A stretch of 64,000 nucleotides of DNA from Lytechinus pictus (Eukaryota), in NCBI RefSeq assembly GCF_037042905.1, contig NC_087251.1:21268001-21332000 (forward strand), in the 5' to 3' direction. Below are positions 13,916 to 24,643 of this stretch, piece after piece. The notes beneath the pieces were generated by a model. That model was not told the origin of the DNA. It was given only the letters and a program-made list of their open reading frames with translations, and made no database searches. Positions within the stretch are counted from its first letter, which is position 1; the number at the start of each line of letters is the position of its first letter. The translations under genes were made by a program, and so were the position numbers.

Positions 13916-14128
13916 CTGTGAAATAAAATGAAAAAACGAAACACACAATAAGATTTTTATAAATGTAATTAGTACATGTAGATGACAAGTAGAGACACAT
14001 TATCTTGCTGTGACCTTGAAATTTAAATGATAGTACTTTGTAAAGAAAAAATCAGATGATCTTTGTTTCAGACTAGTACCAGTGACATTAATTAGTCCCA
14101 GTCTTGATCTCTAACAGTACAAATTTAA

Positions 14129-14709
14129 AGGAAACCAAAACCCAAGAAGAGAAGCAATCATATTGGAAAGAGTAAAATGAGAGGAACAATTAAAAAAAAA
14201 AGTTTCATCAAAAATTGGTTATGAAAAAACAAGTTATGGATGTTTAAAAAGTCTTGTTGTACTTTCTATGTGGATCCTCAAATTGGCTAACGTGCTGCAA
14301 AATGGCTGATTTTGTGGACAACTCTCCATTTGTTTTGTACACATATTTTCAGATTTTCCCCTTTATTTTACATATTTCACATTATCACCTCCTGACCTTG
14401 ACATATATGGTGTGGATTATATTTTCCCATGACATATGTTGTGCTCAGAAGGAGGCAAGATGCAATTTGAAAGATAATGAGGAAAATCTGAAAATTTGTG
14501 TACAAAACAAATGGAGAGTTGTCCACAAAATCAGCCATTTTGAAGCACGTTTGCCAATTTGAGAATGCCCATAGAAAGTACAGCAAGAGTTTTCAAACTC
14601 TCATAACTTGCTTATTTCATAACAAATTTTGATGAAACTCCTTTTAAATTGTTCCTCTCATTTTACTCTTTCTAATAAGATTGCTTCTCTTCTTGGGTTT
14701 TGGTTTCCT
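14129..14709. mobile_element. Kolobok-like palindromic MITE (TTAA TSD)
   Basis: TTAA|AGGAAACCAAAACCCAAG...CTTGGGTTTTGGTTTCCT|TTAA, with ~240 bp TIRs. Confidence 0.9.
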
Positions 14710-15100
14710 TTAATTCAGCATTACTGTGGCAGCCCCCCTAAAAGACTATAATGCTCTAGGAGCTTATTATACATGTATAAGGCCTACATATAGAGAGTTT
14801 ACAAAGATCTTACCTAAAATAATACACGAAGCTTAGTTTAATAGCATTCATCGAATGAATCAGGTTATATAAGAGTTTTTCTTTATATGGCTATATTAGC
14901 CGATATACCCAGAAATCTATAAATTAGCAAGAATCCTACCTAGGAATATAAATGGAAATAGAAAACACATAGCAGAATGCAGGATTGTACATGTATAATT
15001 TCTAGAGAGCAGAGGTGTAAAGCCTTTAGAGCACACAATATTGAAATAATCTGCTCATGGTCTAGTCGTAGAAGAGAGTCTAAAATCTGCTGCTTAACTA

Positions 15101-15547
15101 CAGCAGCTATGGAGAAAGGGTACACTTTTGCACCCTCCTCAATTACTCAAAAATTTTGCTTTTTGATGGGGTAAAGTGGAAGAAATAATAAAGATATATT
15201 TCTATTGAATACATTCAGCTTACCACCTTTCTGAAAGTGAAAGATATGCTGGAAATTAGCGAATTTCGATGACAAATAGATCAGGATCAGCCAGGTTCTT
15301 CTTCTTCGATCGCTGTCAGCACAGCTACAGCTGAGCGTATGAACGTGCAAGACAATCCGCTGGCACGTCCGTTCGTTCAGCTGTAGCTGACAAAGAAAGG
15401 TGGTAAGCTGATTGTGTTTGATATAGACTTAAATTTATCTATATTATTTTTTTGTTTTTCCCCCCGTCAAAAAGCAAAATTTAGGAGTAGATCTAGATCT
15501 AATCAAGGAGGGTCAACCAAAAGTGCACCCTTTTTCCATAGATGCTG
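15101..15547. mobile_element. Tc1/mariner-like MITE (TA flanks)
   Basis: TA|CAGCAGCTATGGAGAAAGGGTACACTTTTG ... CAAAAGTGCACCCTTTTTCCATAGATGCTG|TA. Confidence 0.75.
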
Positions 15548-15846
15548 TAGTTATGTGGCGGTTGTTTGCTCCACCATTACGAGCCCAATGGCCGTCATCC
15601 GTCTGTGTAGGACAAAAAAAATCAGAAAATGTGAAAATCTCAGAAGAAACAGTACATTCGTATAGATCCAAGTCTAACAGCCATGCCCCATGCCCATGGT
15701 AGACAGCTGGCAGCCATATGATTCGAGGACTTTTTATAAACATTTTTTTTTTAATTTCTCCTCGTACACGTTAGGGGGTTAATGATACAAAATCCCCCCG
15801 ATGGGGCTCTTCGATTTTTGTCTTTATTTCACAAAAAATATATAAA

Positions 15847-16997
15847 ACTAGTGGAGCGCCTCTGGCAGTCTCATCTGCATCGCGCGATTCTATAGCAGCA
15901 GTACTGACTTTGAAAACTACTATAAAACAATTATTCACAAAAAAAACCATTCATGATACAATACTACGTTCATTGACAATAATTGACATTTGACCTTGAT
16001 CATGCGACCTAAGACTTGTCAGTGATACTTGATTACCCCTATATCCACAATTATAAACTATATCTATAAACTTTGAAAGTTATGACAGCAATCTAATAAT
16101 TACTTCCAAATGGCCAAATTCAATAACCTTAAATGACCTTTGACTTTGGTCATGTGACCTGAAACTCGCACTGGATGTTCAGTGATACTTGATTACTCTT
16201 ATGTCCAAGTTTCATGAACCAGATCCATAAACTTTCAGAGTTATGATGGTAATTCAACAGATACCCCCAACATGGCCAAAGTTCATTGACCTTTGACCTT
16301 GGTCATGTGACCTGAAATTCGCACAGGATGTTCAGTGATACTAGATTACTCATGTCCAAGTTTGATGAATCAGATCCATAAACTTTCAAAGGTATGATGG
16401 TAATTCAACAGATACCCCCCACATGGCCGAAGTTTGTTGACCTTTGACCTTGGTCATGTGACCTGAAATTCGCACAGGATGTTCAGTGATAATTGATGAC
16501 TCTTATATCAAAGTTTTATGAACTAGACTAATAACCTTTCAAAGTTATGATGGTAATTCAACAAATACCCCCAACTTGGCCAAAGTTCATTGACCTTAAA
16601 TGACCTTTGACCTTGATCATGTGACCTGAAACTTGCACAGGAAGTTCAGAGATACTTGATTACTCTTATGTCCAAGTTTCATGAACTAGGTCCATATATT
16701 TTCTAAGTTATGATGACATTTCAAAAGCATAACCTTCGGTTAAGATTTTGATGTTGATTTCCCAACATGGTCTAAGTTCATTGACCTAAATGACCTTTGA
16801 ACTTGGTCACGTGACCTAAAACTAAGGCAGGATGTTCAGTAATACTTGATTAACCTTATGGCCAAGTGTCATGAACTAGGCCCATTACACTCTCTAAGTT
16901 ATGCTGTCACTTCAAAAACTTAACCTTCAGTTAAGATTTGGTGTTGATGCCGCACCGCCGCTGTCGGAAAAGCAGCACCCGCTTCGCAGGTGAGACA
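15847..16997. mobile_element. Helentron/pearl-type element, family A
   Basis: Same termini and ~160 bp units as the copy at 10872. Confidence 0.8.
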
Positions 16998-17737
16998 AAA
17001 ACAAAGATATTACATTTTGGCCTTAATTTGCACCAAAACAGAAAAAAAAAAGTTAAAAAGAAAAAAACAGTAGGCCTAACGTGACTTAGAATAGATCTAC
17101 TTCGGCTGTCGCATGACTCCCACTTCCCTGGTTTATCCGAACTTAATATGCCATTGTCATCGAGTCCCTGTACAGATCAAGTTAGAAAGTCTTTCTCACT
17201 CTCTGTAATTACCGAACATAAAAAGTCACCGTCATATTAAAGCTTTTTGCCAAAAACTTAAAGAGCATTTTTGCCAAAATTTTGGTTTAAAACTTTACTT
17301 AGGCCCATGTCATGTGTTTTGATGTGGCAGAAATAACGTGATACTGATAAAATCTAAAAATCATGAACTTGACAAGTAGTAGTAAGGATTACATAGCAAT
17401 GGAAAAGAGGAGACGAGAAAGGTAAGGAGTAGGATGTTTGACCGTAACTTCTAATTCGAGCCGAGTGACATTACGGTACGTCGGTTCTGCTGCGGAGACG
17501 AAGCCAATTCTTCCCCGTCTTCTCTGGCTGCGAGAAAAGTGGGGATACCTAGTCCTGTCTGCTGCTTTGCAATTGCAGTAAATTATTCAATCACGGTAGG
17601 CGAAACTTGTGGTTATAATTTCACAGACCTTAACCCTACCAAAAGAGAACCTATAAATCTATCGCATATTAATTAATTATATTGTATAATATCCCTGGAT
17701 CTAGCTGTATATCGATGGGAAAAATAATCCTCCTCAC

Positions 17738-17756
17738 CTTTTCCTGCGAGCTGCAT
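17738..17756 (-). CDS. NDUFAF5: NDUFAF5 probable coding exon 1 (ATG CAG CTC GCA GGA AAA G|gtgag; MQLAGK-G)
   Basis: Strong donor AAG|GTGAGG. Phase 1 joins exon 2 in frame. Located in a CpG-rich region, with a (GAA)n tract just upstream. Confidence 0.65.
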
Positions 17757-17830
17757 TCCCGACTTCTTCTTCTTCTTCTTATGTTGGTTTGAGTGGCGAT
17801 TAGTCATATTTGACTATTGTCGCCATTGAC
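17757..17830 (-). promoter_or_regulatory. Putative NDUFAF5 5' UTR / core promoter
   Basis: Directly upstream of the predicted first ATG. Local CpG enrichment from 17420 to 17830. Confidence 0.4.
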
Positions 17831-18199
17831 ATTATTAATAAAAAATCTCACTTCTCACATAATAATATTATTACCAATATGATGTATACATATATAAAAT
17901 ATTTTTTTTGTATCCTTCTGATATGAAAGAGGATAATTATGATATGTACAAAAGTTTGCAGTAACTCTTGTCAAAATGGCATATAAACAAAACTTCACCA
18001 AAAACAAACCGCTATCTTCAGCTCAGTTCCAACTAGTTGCGCTTGCCCTGCCCTTTCAAAGATGCAATCATACCGGTCAGCACGGTACATTGTGCCGATT
18101 TTTCGGACATAAATGCCTAGGTCACCCATGCATAGACGAGGGGGCGCTAGTGTACCTGTGCTTACAGATGGGTTAAACATTAAAATAATTTGTTTCTTT

Positions 18200-18645
18200 T
18201 TTTTAAACAACAACAACAACAAGGCGAAAACACTTGTGGGCTTTGTTAGTTATATGTGCAGAATATATCATATTGTATATATTATATCATACATTATTAT
18301 GTATATATATATATTTTTTCTTCTTTTCACATTAGACTTGTACAAGCATATCCATTCATATTTCTTATAGACAATACAATATTAAAATAGTACATCACTC
18401 CTTACTAAAACGTTTCGTTCTTGAAACGAAACGTAAAAATGCTTTCTGTATCCCTGGGTCATCTTTTTTTAAATACTCCATTATTTGTCCTGGCTGTGAT
18501 TCATTCAATTCTACAAGGAGCATTGATCTTTCAATTATATATTTTGGACAATGTAAAAGATAATGTCTGACAGTTTCTACCTCAGGACATCTATCACAAA
18601 ACCCTGTTGGATGGATCCCTAATCTTAGTAGATCTTGGTTAAGAT
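18200..18645 (-). mobile_element. 3' end of an I-group/Nimb-like LINE (zinc knuckle plus 3' UTR)
   Basis: LGIHPTGFCDRCPEVETVRHYLLHCPKY (CX2C..ET..H...C) in ORF 18395..18814, followed by an A-rich tail. Confidence 0.75.
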
Positions 18646-20837
18646 CTACGACGAAGTTCTTGCGACTGCGTCTTCGACGTGGCAAGAAGAAAAGAAAATT
18701 CCCTGTATTAGCGCGACTTGAGACGAGACGGTCGCTGAATTCTCGAGGGCCACAGGAACGCGGTAAAGATTTGTTCAAATCGCGGTTGATGAACATACAA
18801 TACTCATGGATCAAAATGAACCCCTTTCCCTTTCTTATTTTCCCATTCTAATGTTCCTATACATAATCATTTAAGTGGATGCACAACCCTAGACACAATT
18901 TTGTGACTGGGCCCTGGGGTGCTGATGTTGAATAATAATTATGCACTCAATTTTTTTTAAATGCCCCCCCCCCCCCATTAAAATATTTCAATTGCTTCAG
19001 ACATTTTCTTAGCCTATGGCAAACACCAAATTGCTTTCAAAATTGTGCATCTCCAGCTATGGGAAAAGAGCCAGCCCCCCCCCCCCCCCATCTATAACAG
19101 TGGCACAATTACTCAAATTTGAAATTAAAATTATTATTTCTTTTCACAACATGGAGTGAATTCAAGGGAACAAGTCATCTGGTATCCCCGCCCCCTCTCC
19201 TCCATAGCCATCTCTCTTGTTTCTTAGCCCCCCTTAATTAATTTCCATCTCTTATTCTCACCCTGCACCCCCTCATACTGTTGTTTTAGAGCTTACACTT
19301 CAACAATGTAGTGATATTCACAAGACCCAGATTTATCTAGAATTATTACACAAACAAGCCACTTTTTCCCAATTCAAAATTCCAAAAGGGTCAATTAGGA
19401 GATTTCTATTTGGTTTCTAATGGCATAAATCACTTGGCCACTGCAACCATCCTACCTGTGGGAATCTACAGTTAGGACTATGGTATGCCAATGCTGTACA
19501 GAGCACACACTTAAAAAAATCATTAAAATATCAATTTTGTGACCAATATTACTAATTTCCTTACAGTTGCAATTTATTTTTCATTAGTAACTTGGGTATA
19601 ATTTTTGTATTCACCAGAGCACTCAAAAACTTGAATTTTGGGCATATTTTTGTGTACGCCCTCTATTGGTGGAAAGTATGTATGGCAAGAAAATTTTCAT
19701 TTTTCAATCTCTATTTTAAATTAAGAAAAAAATAATTTAAAGAATCAAATTTACTGAAGAACCAAGTTGTATGATGAATAGGTGTAATGGAAACTGTCAG
19801 TGTAAAAAAAAGCATTTGTCCCAAAGAAAAAGAGAGAATAAGCCAAACATTGCCACCCTTATTTTGCCACACATGGAGGTACAACAGAGAACAAGGTTAT
19901 ATCATAACCTTGTTCATTGAATGAGTGGCATAAATGAAATTCTACTATTAAAATAATGTTGGAAGGGGTGCAATTTTTTACTGATGCGAATTTTTCACAA
20001 ATTTAATGGAAAAATCCATCCTATCAAATCAGTTTTAATAAAAGCGTGAAAAAAAAGAAGATATTGTCAAAGAAGTTTCACAAAATAAATTTAAGTTAAT
20101 GAAATGGGATAGCTTAAAAAAATTGACTGTCATTTTGGATTTTCATCAAAATATCTGTTAGTACATGTTTCTATCATTTTGTCTGCTTTAATTAGATAAA
20201 AATTGGTATGAGTGACTTATTACCAATAAAACTATTGAATTTGCCCCTCTTAAACTACTGAACATGACTTTATACAGTATGTGCTATTCTTGATTTGTAT
20301 CAATATACATGTTTATCTTTGTCTGTCTTCAGCTTGGTGGAGGGGGCTGTAACAAGTATACCCCCCCCCCTTCAGTCTCTGTTAGCAAGAATGGGATGAT
20401 CAATGTGATTATCAAAGTAGAAAGCAGTGGCGGATCTAAGGAGGTCAAAGATGGCCAAAGTAAGAAATAAATATACAGAAATATAATTTTTTAGACAGGA
20501 AACAGGAAACTTTTGACTTTTGATTACCTAGGTTCAAGACACTTTCAGAGTAATTTTGAAGATGAGAACCAATGCACTACAATCACAAAAAGAGTGGGTG
20601 TTTCACAAAGATTTATAAGTGACTATAAGTGGAATTGCTCTTGAATTTCCATTTGAATGTGGTATTAACATTAACACACCTCCACATTGGTCAGATCATG
20701 CTTAGAGGGCAAAGGCTAAGTACTGCATATCCACCAATAAGATCACTTGTGAAATAGCATGTGCATGTTGGCACCTAACCATGATGTCAAGTCATACCAG
20801 TAATTAATCCATGTGTTTAGGTCATGTGCATAAGCAA

Positions 20838-20841
20838 TATA

Positions 20842-20903
<62 letters not shown>
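20838..20903. repeat. (TA)n microsatellite
   Basis: Direct reading. Confidence 0.98.
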
Positions 20904-20904
<1 letters not shown>

Positions 20905-20969
20905 TTGTGTGTGTGAAATTATACATGTACAACAGCAGCTTTGGCAACTCTTTTTATTTTAATATTTTT

Positions 20970-21008
20970 GCCTCCGACGAAGATTCTGCTAGGATCGAAA
21001 GCTTAGGC
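20970..21008 (+). ncRNA. Minimal type I hammerhead ribozyme-like motif (Penelope-associated type; CC instead of CU in core)
   Basis: GCCT-CCGACGA-A-GATTCT(GCT)AGGATC-GAAA-GC-TT-AGGC: stem I GCCT/AGGC, 6-bp stem II, GAAA, and palindromic AAGCTT stem III. Confidence 0.6.
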
Positions 21009-21206
21009 CCCTTTTTGACTTTTTAAATATTTTGTGAAAGAAATGGATGAAGAGAACAATGGCAGGCGTAGCTTAAATCAAAGCAATAGCTTTGATCCAG
21101 CGGAGGCATGGCGACTTGTCATTGTTCAAAACCCACCTACACCCAACAAAGGAAAAATCTGTCTTCTGACGGTCAATCGGATCGGGGTCGCCCTAGCCAC
21201 TAACCT

Positions 21207-21278
21207 GTCTCTGTGGTCTAGTGGTTAAGGCACCAGCGTTCAAAGCTGGGGGCCCGGGTTCGATTACTGGCAGAGACA
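21207..21278 (+). tRNA. tRNA-like sequence (Glu-like body) with anticodon TCA; probably a pseudo-tRNA or element-borne copy
   Basis: Perfect acceptor stem GTCTCTG/CAGAGAC, D stem, anticodon stem CCAGC/GCTGG with loop GT-TCA-AA, 4-nt variable loop, TTCGATT T-loop, then T6. Atypical G32 and a G53:A61 mismatch. Confidence 0.7.
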
Positions 21279-21705
21279 TTTTTTCGACATCACCAATTTT
21301 TCCAAAAGGCAGATAGCTCTGGGGAACCTTGATTTAAGCTACTACTATCATTGTTCTATTCATCCATTTTTTTTACAAATATATAAACAAGAATCAAATT
21401 ACAAAGTGCGGTATTACTTATAAATGTACACAACATTTTATTAAATACACAATTTAATAAAATAATACAAAGCAAGGAACTAGATTCCACGCCAAAAGTA
21501 AAGCATTGTCTCATCTGCATGTCACTTTGAGTAAGGATACATGTATCTCAAATACTAAAGCGATGGGTATAATTCTCATAGCTATGGAAAATTGACCCTA
21601 GGTTATATCATGCTTTTATAAAGCGCTTGATGTGTACTCATTCATCAAGTACGCATGATTCTAATCCTGTAGAGAAAAAGTTGTTACAAAGTCCTGAAAT
21701 TTAAA

Positions 21706-22888
21706 ACTAGCACATCAATGATGTGGAGCTCATCCATCATTTCGCAACGAAATTTAACACAATTTTAATTTCAGCCCAGTTGACACTGTAGTGAATTATA
21801 TTGGTGAAATAAATTGAGGATATAGAATTGAAATTGATGAAGAAATGACATAGAAGCATTTTTTGTGATCTATGAATAAATTTCATATAAATTAAGCATA
21901 AATAACTTTCTAGTAAAAAGTTCTTAACTTTGTGTAGAACCTTGGTGAACCTCATGTAGCTCTCAGATGGAACAAAAATAATCAAAATCAATTAACAAAT
22001 AAATGGGTAATTTTTTGGGAGTTTTGAAAATATATGAATAAATTAGCATATTTAATGAATTTCAAAATTCTTTGTTGAAATTTTGTATCACCACCTCGCG
22101 CTATCATATTAAGCAAACAAAATTGAAATTGATCAACAAATGAAGAAGAAAAAAACATTTTTTGTGATTTATGAATAAATTTTGCATAAATTAGCATAAA
22201 TAATTTTCCAGACAAAATTTCAAAATTGTGTGTACAAGTTTGGTGAACCTCATGCAGCTCTACCAGATGGAAGAAAAAAAATCAAAATCTGTCAACAAAT
22301 AAAGAAGAGGCATTTCCTGTGATTTCTGAATAAATTTCGCATAAATTAGCATAAATAATTTTCTACTGTAAATTTCAAAATTCTGTGTAAAAGTATGGTG
22401 AACCGCATGAATTTCTACCAGATGGAAGAAAAAGAAAATCAAAATCGGTCAACAATTAAAGAAGAAAAAGCATTTTATGTGAATTTTTAAAACTATGAAT
22501 AATTTCGCATAAATTAGCATAAAAATTGTTCTAGTCAAAATTTCGAAATTCTGTGTAGAAGTGTGTAGAAGTTTGGTGAACCTCATGAAGCTCTACCAGA
22601 TGGAAGCAAAAAATTCAAAATCGGTCCACAAAGAAGCATTTTTTGTGAATTTTGAAAAATGCGCATAAATTAGCATATTTAATGAATTTCAAAATTCTGT
22701 GTAGAAGTCTTGAATCCCCCACCTAGTGCTATCATATAAAGCAAACAGAATTGAAATCGGACTTGAAATGGCGAAGAAGTAGCATTTTGAAATTATGGAC
22801 GGACGACAGACGACGGATGACAGACGACGGACAACGGACACCACGCCACGGCATCAGCTCATCTTGCCCTTCGGGCGGGATGAGCTAA
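21706..22888. mobile_element. Helentron/pearl-type element, family C
   Basis: Subterminal IR AGCTCATCC/GGATGAGCT, terminal stem-loop, GACG-type microsatellite at 22797-22840, and ~160 bp internal units. Confidence 0.8.
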
Positions 22889-24240
22889 AAATGTGATTAT
22901 ATGGGTATACAAAGAATCCCAAATAATTATGTTGTACAGTATCTTTGTCATAAATATTGAAAGAGTAACATAAAACCAGGCATCTCATAGAAGTCTGAAG
23001 TATAATTCTTGTTTTAGTCCAAAGATAAACCTTGGTTAATTATCAGTGATCACAATTCTTTTTCTTTTCTTTTGTCATAACATGCAAAAATAAATTGCAT
23101 TACAGAAGTTACATTGAAAATATAAAGCTGCTGAAGGTTTCCAGCCCTTAAATACACATGTTGCATAGGTTGTGGTGCTCATGTTTGAGCACTGAGTAAC
23201 CTCTATCATATAACATATCATTTTGCTACATGAAAAATTATGTGTAAGAATTTTTCCAAGCCAAACTACAGTATTTCTGAAGTCTCCAATAGTCCATTCA
23301 AGACCAAATGAAATTTTGTGGTTTGGGCTAATAATTTGGACAAAGAGTCATGAATATAGTATAAAGTATATTAAATGACAGAGAAAAATAGATCATACAA
23401 ATAAACTGAGACTATACCCCATTCATTGGGACCTTCCACTGGATGGTAATTTTTTTTGGGGGGGGATGAAAGTAATCACTAAAATGGTCAAGTTGGCAAT
23501 GCAATGAAACCTTCGAATTACTGTGCCAACATGCAAATTTTTAAATATTAAAGTTGTAAATCCATTCTCCATTTCTCTTTCTTTCGTCACCACCGAATCT
23601 AAAAGAAAATTGTAGCAACAAAAAAGACTTATGCTGCAAATCGAAGAATAAAATATCACAGAAAATAATTAATTGTCAATTCTAAGTAAAATGATTCAGG
23701 CAGAGTGGATTGTATGTTCATAAACATTAATGCTGTAGTCACACCAAAGAAACCGACTCCTAATCACCAACGGTATGGTATTCCCAATAATGCAATAGCT
23801 TTGATCGGTCTGGGGTCGGGTTCGTTGGTGTGACCGAAGCATCAGATGTCTTCCAAGAAAGTCATGCCAAACTCAAGGTTCACTGGAATAAGAAAACTGT
23901 AAAATCACATGCTATTTTTCACAAAGAATCTCAACAGTCAAATTTCAGAATGAAATCATCAAGTGGTCACTCAGAGTATACATTGACCTGTTGTCTACTG
24001 ATGACAAGTGACTCTTGTTGAAGCCTTTGAGAATTAGGATAGCAGTAGTCATAGGGTCAACATGGCAAATACAGGGATAATACACTCATTTCTCTCTCTC
24101 TATCTCTCTCATTGTTTTCAGCTGACATTCTTGTCATCAAATGTTCAAGGAAAGCATCACTGTCCAATGTCCATGTATCTGCATCAACAGGATCAAACTT
24201 GCTTTTCCTTGAATGAAATCACATTCAGCCATCCTCTGAA

Positions 24241-24323
24241 TCAAAATCTGTGATGGACTGCTTTCCCTGGTTCCTTCTCTTTAGGACTCGGTAAGTGGCT
24301 TGGTCTGTGGTCTGGTAGAAGGT
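24241..24323 (-). CDS. MRPS18A: MRPS18A terminal coding exon ((D)LLPDHRPSHLPSPKEKEPGKAVHHRF*)
   Basis: ttccaacccag|AC CTT CTA CCA GAC CAC AGA CCA, phase 1. Matches human LLPNHRP (recalled). TGA at 24243-24241. Confidence 0.85.
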
Positions 24324-24643
24324 CTGGGTTGGAAAGATAAAATATAACTGCTTTTAACATGTTTAGTGGAACTGAATGGACCCATACAAACCATGTATAC
24401 AAAAATGAAAACATTAAAAAAGTTAATTCTGCTATAAATTCTTAAAGATCAAGGATTCAAGATTGCCTGCATGCTAATCTTCAAGAAATTTTTGAAAAAT
24501 CTTAAAACCTCTTGCTGCAGATCTCCATGCTTCCACTCGGGCAATTTCACATCTCTTTGAAAATGAAAACAAACAATATGAAGACTAAATAATTACAAAT
24601 ACTAACAATAACAGTTGGGCAGCCAGAGTGTAAGATAGAAAAG

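Noticed and set aside
13916..14000. N-terminus of the 247-aa ORF (MCLYLSS...FYFT)
   Set aside because: Intronic polypyrimidine tract upstream of the acceptor at 13916.
14254..14586. Pair of similar ORFs on opposite strands (MLYFL...KMADFVDNSPF)
   Set aside because: Mirror artefact of the palindromic MITE.
21207..21278. Selenocysteine tRNA
   Set aside because: The variable loop is only 4 nt and the acceptor stem is 7 bp. tRNA-Sec needs a long variable arm and an extended acceptor stem.
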